Assembly: GCA_963801355.1 (NCBI GenBank)
Contig: CAWDEM010000008.1
Coordinates: 576,001 to 640,000, forward strand
Length of the DNA: 64,000 nucleotides
Source: Ignavibacteriota bacterium
GTDB taxonomy: Bacteria; Bacteroidota; Ignavibacteria; UBA10030; UBA6906
Direction: 5' to 3'
The notes beneath the pieces were generated by a model. That model was not told where the DNA came from. It made no database searches and worked only from the letters and a program-made list of their open reading frames with translations. Position 1 is the stretch's first letter, and each line of letters starts with the position of its first letter. Shown in pieces: positions 60,005-64,000 of this stretch. Made by a program: the position numbers and the translations under genes.

Positions 60005-60415
60005 ATCAATACCATCATGCATCTCAAGTTACGGAGCACGCAGAACAAACACAACCGTCCGGTATTCTGTCACTCATGATATCTATCTATCCATGATGCG
60101 GTCTCCGGAAGAGGTCGGAGAACTCCGGACAGTCGAGTGGGCACCCGCCATGCTCGACATGAATACGATCCATGCGACAGAAGCGCAGGACCAAGCTCGC
60201 AAGTTCATTCATGGCAAAGAGCAACGACGGACGCCCGACAGAGTCGAACCTTCTAACCACTGATTTTTGGTCAAGCCAGCTCAGTCAACAGGCAATAAAA
60301 TGGGTCATTGGGAGGACTTTGAGCGTCGAATCATCGCGCCGAAATGAAAAATCACTACACTTTCAATACACTCGATTCAACTTCGGTTATCAGCCGGTAC
60401 ACCCAACAATAGTGA

Positions 60416-60435
60416 AGCCCGACGTTGGTCGGGCT
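60416..60435 (-). terminator. Hairpin downstream of tRNA-Lys
   Basis: AGCCCGAC-GTTG-GTCGGGCT; weak U-tract. Confidence 0.5.
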
Positions 60436-60509
60436 CGGCTGTAACTCATTGTCTTATCCACATTTGATTGACTATAGTCCATGGACAATCGACTATTGTC
60501 AATCGGTCG

Positions 60510-60582
60510 TGCACCCACCAGGACTCGAACCTGGAACCCACTGATTAAGAGTCAGTTGCTCTACCAATTGAGCCATGGGTGC
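60510..60582 (-). tRNA. tRNA-Lys(CTT)
   Basis: GCACCCA TGGCTCAATTGGTAGAGCA ACTGA CTCTTAA TCAGT GGGTT CCAGG TTCGAGT CCTGG TGGGTGC A folds as a cloverleaf; CCA not encoded. Confidence 0.97.
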
Positions 60583-60589
60583 ATTGTTG

Positions 60590-60922
60590 CTACGGCGCAC
60601 TCACCGGCGACTGCGCCGGAGGCAGCTGTGGAGTTGTCGCAGCAGGCTGGTTTGTATTGTTCTGCAACACACTGTTGCCCTCAGTCACACCCCGCGGCAG
60701 GAAAAATATGTTGATGACAAGCGCCAGCACCAGAAATGAGGCCGCAAGGATCTGCGTCGCTCGCATCAAGAAATCAGTTGTGCGGCGAACGCCAAATACC
60801 ACGCCTACCGAACCGCCGCCAAATGTGCCCGCCAATCCACCGCCTTTGCTCGACTGCATCAAGACGACAAGTATTAACAGGACACTTATAATCAGCTCAA
60901 ATACCATCAGGAACGTGAACAT
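60590..60922 (-). CDS. secG: Preprotein translocase subunit SecG
   Basis: VLMQSSKGGGLAGTFGG, two TM helices, followed by a tRNA. Confidence 0.95.
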   Translation of the reverse strand: MFTFLMVFELIISVLLILVVLMQSSKGGGLAGTFGGGSVGVVFGVRRTTDFLMRATQILAASFLVLALVINIFFLPRGVTEGNSVLQNNTNQPAATTPQLPPAQSPVSAP

Positions 60923-60978
60923 GGATTTCCGTCTTTAGGTTTATAGAGAATTAAGTATACGAAACACCCCTGGAAAAA

Positions 60979-61632
60979 TCAAGTACCAATGCCCCAACGG
61001 GCGAGTTTTTCAGCGGTTATCCCCTCCTTCGCAGAGCCCTCCTTCCCTTCAGTCACTATCCTTTCGATGTACTTCCCCACCAGGTCAAATTCGAGGTTTA
61101 CGCGAGTACCCTCGCGGGCCTTCCCCAACGTCGTGTGCTCCAGCGTGTGGGGAATCACTGATACCGTAAACGTACCCCCCTCCAGCCGGGCAACAGTCAG
61201 ACTGATGCCATCAACCGCAATGGACCCGACCGGGATCAGGTACTTTGAAAACTCCAGGGGATAGGATATTGAGATGAGGTGGCTGCTTAATTGCACTTCA
61301 ATTTGCTTGATGACACCGACGCTATCCACGTGCCCCGCAACAAGATGCCCTCCAAGACGATCACTAAAACGAAGGGGTAGCTCAAGATTCACAAACGACC
61401 CGGTCGCCAGTTCACCCAGGGTCGTCTTGCGGAGGGTCTCCTCCACTGCCTCGACGTGAAACGTTGTGCGATCCTTGAATATCACGGTCTGACAAACCCC
61501 ACTCACTGCCACGCTGTCGTTCACGTGCAGCTCTCCTGCGCATTGCGGGGCGTGAATGGTCAGTCCTATGCCCCCTCCCCTGCGTTCTATGCTCCGGACC
61601 GACCCGATTTCTGTAATGATTCCCGTAAACAC
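60979..61632 (-). CDS. ribE: Riboflavin synthase (alpha chain)
   Basis: (M)FTGII, GVCQTV, VNLE...RLGGHLVAGHVD, GSIAVDGISLTV. Confidence 0.95.
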   Translation of the reverse strand: MFTGIITEIGSVRSIERRGGGIGLTIHAPQCAGELHVNDSVAVSGVCQTVIFKDRTTFHVEAVEETLRKTTLGELATGSFVNLELPLRFSDRLGGHLVAGHVDSVGVIKQIEVQLSSHLISISYPLEFSKYLIPVGSIAVDGISLTVARLEGGTFTVSVIPHTLEHTTLGKAREGTRVNLEFDLVGKYIERIVTEGKEGSAKEGITAEKLARWGIGT

Positions 61633-61634
61633 TC

Positions 61635-62738
61635 TCACTCCTCCATCCTGAGCCATTTCACCATGATGTCCCTGCCGATCATTCCGGTGCTGAGGTTGTC
61701 AAACCCGGCAGGCCGCGCAGTCGACTTGCCGGGAGCATACACCGGCACCCCATCACCGATGATGGTGGGCGCTATGAAGACCGTCAATTCGTCGACAAGA
61801 TGCGAGCGAAGAAACTGGCCGAACACATCCCCGCCACCCTCCACCAGAACTGATCCCAGGTTGCGGGAGTAGAGAGACTTCAACAACGCTGCCAAGGAAA
61901 TCCTTGAGCGGGACGGAAATGGCAGCAGCACGACGCCGGCTTTTTCCAGTCTCGATACCACACGTCTCCTGCGCTCAAGCGCCGCGCGGGTCGTGGCGAC
62001 AAACACACGGCGGCGCCGCAGGTTCCGAAACAGTCGCGCATCCGCGGGGACAGAGAGGTTCCCATCGACGACGACCACAGCCGGGTTCCTCCCCCCCTCA
62101 ATCCTGGCGGTCAGCCGGGGGTCATCCTCGCGCACGGTCCCCGCTCCGACGAGCACAGCATCATACACCGAACGCCAACGGTGTACGAGCTCACGTGCTT
62201 GCGGCCCGCTAATCCACCGGCGCCTTAAATGCGAGGAGGCAATCATGCCGTCCAGAGACTGTGCGATCTTTACGTGAACGTACGGACGCCCGTGCGTGAT
62301 CCCCATGACAAAATGTCTGTTCAATGCGCGTGCTTCGTCCGCCAGGACCCCGACATCCACCTGTTTCCCGGAGGCGCGCAGATGCGCGATTCCCCTTCCG
62401 CTCACGAGCGGATTCGGGTCAGCCATCGCGATAACAATGCGCGGGATAGGTGTGGCGGCCAGCAGATCGGCACAGGGGGGAGTCTTGCCGTAGTGAGTGC
62501 AGGGTTCAAGATTGACATACAGCGTCGTGCCGTCAAAGCTGCCGCGGTATGCCGCAAGGCACTCGACTTCCGCATGGGGACCGCCGTATGCCTTGTGGAA
62601 CCCTCTGGCCACGATACGGCCGTTCCTGGCCAGCACGGCCCCGACCATAGGATTGGGACTCACCGAGCCTTCGCCGTTCCGCGCAAGGCGGATGCACTCC
62701 AGCATTGCGGTGCGATCCTGGTTCATAGGCCGGTTCAT
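61635..62738 (-). CDS. ribD: Riboflavin biosynthesis deaminase/reductase
   Basis: SPNPMVGAV, PHAE, LEPC.H.GKTPPC, AQSLDG, DDPRLT, LVEGGG. Confidence 0.95.
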   Translation of the reverse strand: MNRPMNQDRTAMLECIRLARNGEGSVSPNPMVGAVLARNGRIVARGFHKAYGGPHAEVECLAAYRGSFDGTTLYVNLEPCTHYGKTPPCADLLAATPIPRIVIAMADPNPLVSGRGIAHLRASGKQVDVGVLADEARALNRHFVMGITHGRPYVHVKIAQSLDGMIASSHLRRRWISGPQARELVHRWRSVYDAVLVGAGTVREDDPRLTARIEGGRNPAVVVVDGNLSVPADARLFRNLRRRRVFVATTRAALERRRRVVSRLEKAGVVLLPFPSRSRISLAALLKSLYSRNLGSVLVEGGGDVFGQFLRSHLVDELTVFIAPTIIGDGVPVYAPGKSTARPAGFDNLSTGMIGRDIMVKWLRMEE

Positions 62739-64000
62739 CGCTTGAGCGTGAAGAAGAACGTGCTCCCCACACCCACTTTGCTGCTGACGCCGACGGTCCC
62801 GCCGTGCGCTTCGACGATGTGCTTTACGATCGCCAAGCCGAGTCCGGTGCCTCCGACGTCGCGGGAGCGCCCCTTGTCGACCCGGTAGAAGCGCTCGAAG
62901 ATCCGTTCCAGGTGCTCGGCGGGAATGCCGCATCCGGTGTCCTGCACCTCCACCCTGCAGCGGTTCTCCGCAATCACACCCCGCAAAATCACCGATCCGC
63001 CGGGCTCCGTATACTTGACCGCGTTGTTGACAAGATTGGTAATTACCTGGCGGAGGCGGTCACGGTCACCCATGGCCATGACATCGCCGGTGAGTTCCGA
63101 TTCCAGGGTGAATCTCAAGTCATAGGCTTCAGCATGCGGCCGCATCTCCTCTGCCATCTGTTCAAGAAACTCCCGCAGATTGAAATACCGGAAGCTCATT
63201 TTCATCTCTCCCGATTCGATCTGCGAGATCTCAATAAGATCATTCAGCAGCGTGTTGAGGCGCAGGGCCTGGGCGTGTGCCCTATCGAGGAACTGGCGGT
63301 TCACCTGGGGATCGTCCACCGCTCCGTCGCGAAGGGTCTCCAAAAAGCCCTGAATAGAAAAAATGGGTGTGCGCAATTCATGGGACACATTCCCGAGGAA
63401 CTGACTGCGAACCTTCTCCAGTTTGGTGAGCCGTTCGATATCGCTGCTGAGCCTTTCCGCCATTTCGTTGACGGACGTCGCGAGCGAGGCAATCTCGTCG
63501 TTTGTCGAGACCGTGACGCGCTGACGCAGATCCCCATCTCTGATCGCCTGTGCGGTCGTTGCGATATCCAGTATCGGCTTGGTGATGCGGCGCGCGACCC
63601 GGAGACTCAGCAGCAGAATCAGCGCGGTGATGGCAAGTCCGATTGCCCAGATGGTGAGTCTGACGTACGTCGCCACGGCACGCAGCTCCGCCAGGTTCAT
63701 GGCCACACGGACATAGCCGTTCGTCATTGAGGGGTCCGCTGTGCGGTTGAGTACCCGGGCTGCGTAACGATATTCTTCTCCTGTGGTTGCGCTCTTCCGC
63801 GTTGCCATGCCCACCCCTCCCTGCCGCGCGGACAGCACCTCCGCCCTGTCTGCGTGGTTACTCACCCTGGCGAGAGAATCCCGTGGCATGCTTGAGTCGA
63901 ACAGCAAACGACCATCGCTCCCGATAATGCTCAGACGCACCCGGAGGGCATGTGCAGCTCCGCGCAGTGTTGCGTCGCTGGTACCGGAGGGATCAATGGA
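62735..64000 (-). CDS. PhoR-like HAMP sensor histidine kinase (5' end outside window)
   Basis: HAMP (DEIASLA..VNEMA), NVSHELRTP, NAVKY, FERFYRVDKGRSR..GGTGLGLAI. Confidence 0.9.
   Translation of the reverse strand, partial: SIDPSGTSDATLRGAAHALRVRLSIIGSDGRLLFDSSMPRDSLARVSNHADRAEVLSARQGGVGMATRKSATTGEEYRYAARVLNRTADPSMTNGYVRVAMNLAELRAVATYVRLTIWAIGLAITALILLLSLRVARRITKPILDIATTAQAIRDGDLRQRVTVSTNDEIASLATSVNEMAERLSSDIERLTKLEKVRSQFLGNVSHELRTPIFSIQGFLETLRDGAVDDPQVNRQFLDRAHAQALRLNTLLNDLIEISQIESGEMKMSFRYFNLREFLEQMAEEMRPHAEAYDLRFTLESELTGDVMAMGDRDRLRQVITNLVNNAVKYTEPGGSVILRGVIAENRCRVEVQDTGCGIPAEHLERIFERFYRVDKGRSRDVGGTGLGLAIVKHIVEAHGGTVGVSSKVGVGSTFFFTLKR

Larger units (their letters stand above)
52345..60509. 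mobile_element. Integrase-less island (T9SS peptidase + hybrid two-component system + TA)
   Basis: Between a tRNA-Lys repeat and the intact tRNA; same terminal motifs as the 43.6-52.3 kb island. Confidence 0.8.

Overview
A window from an Ignavibacteria/Bacteroidota-like (FCB group) genome, judged from a PorV-family gene and six genes ending in a T9SS C-terminal sorting domain (NYPNPFNP...). About 1-30 kb is mostly ordinary chromosome: OmpA proteins, a GH2, a class A beta-lactamase, a YdaL/YdaM-like exopolysaccharide locus, glgP, and a Cyc2-like cytochrome-porin next to a cytochrome c peroxidase. About 60.5-64 kb is core genome: tRNA-Lys(CTT), secG, riboflavin synthase, ribD and a PhoR-like kinase. 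Between them (about 32.7-60.5 kb) lies a tandem array of small integrated elements anchored at tRNA-Lys, delimited by three displaced tRNA 3' copies (38.1, 43.6, 52.2 kb). Only one unit encodes a tyrosine integrase. It and a deleted sibling share a Pc-like promoter pointing at different cargo genes and an 85-bp end repeat, an integron-like layout with a non-IntI integrase. Two other units have no integrase, share their own end motifs, and each carry a hybrid two-component regulator, a T9SS-secreted enzyme and an MNT/HEPN toxin-antitoxin pair. Two of the three tRNA remnants carry the same 91-bp double-hairpin insertion at the T-loop. All product calls are from motif recognition, not database searches.
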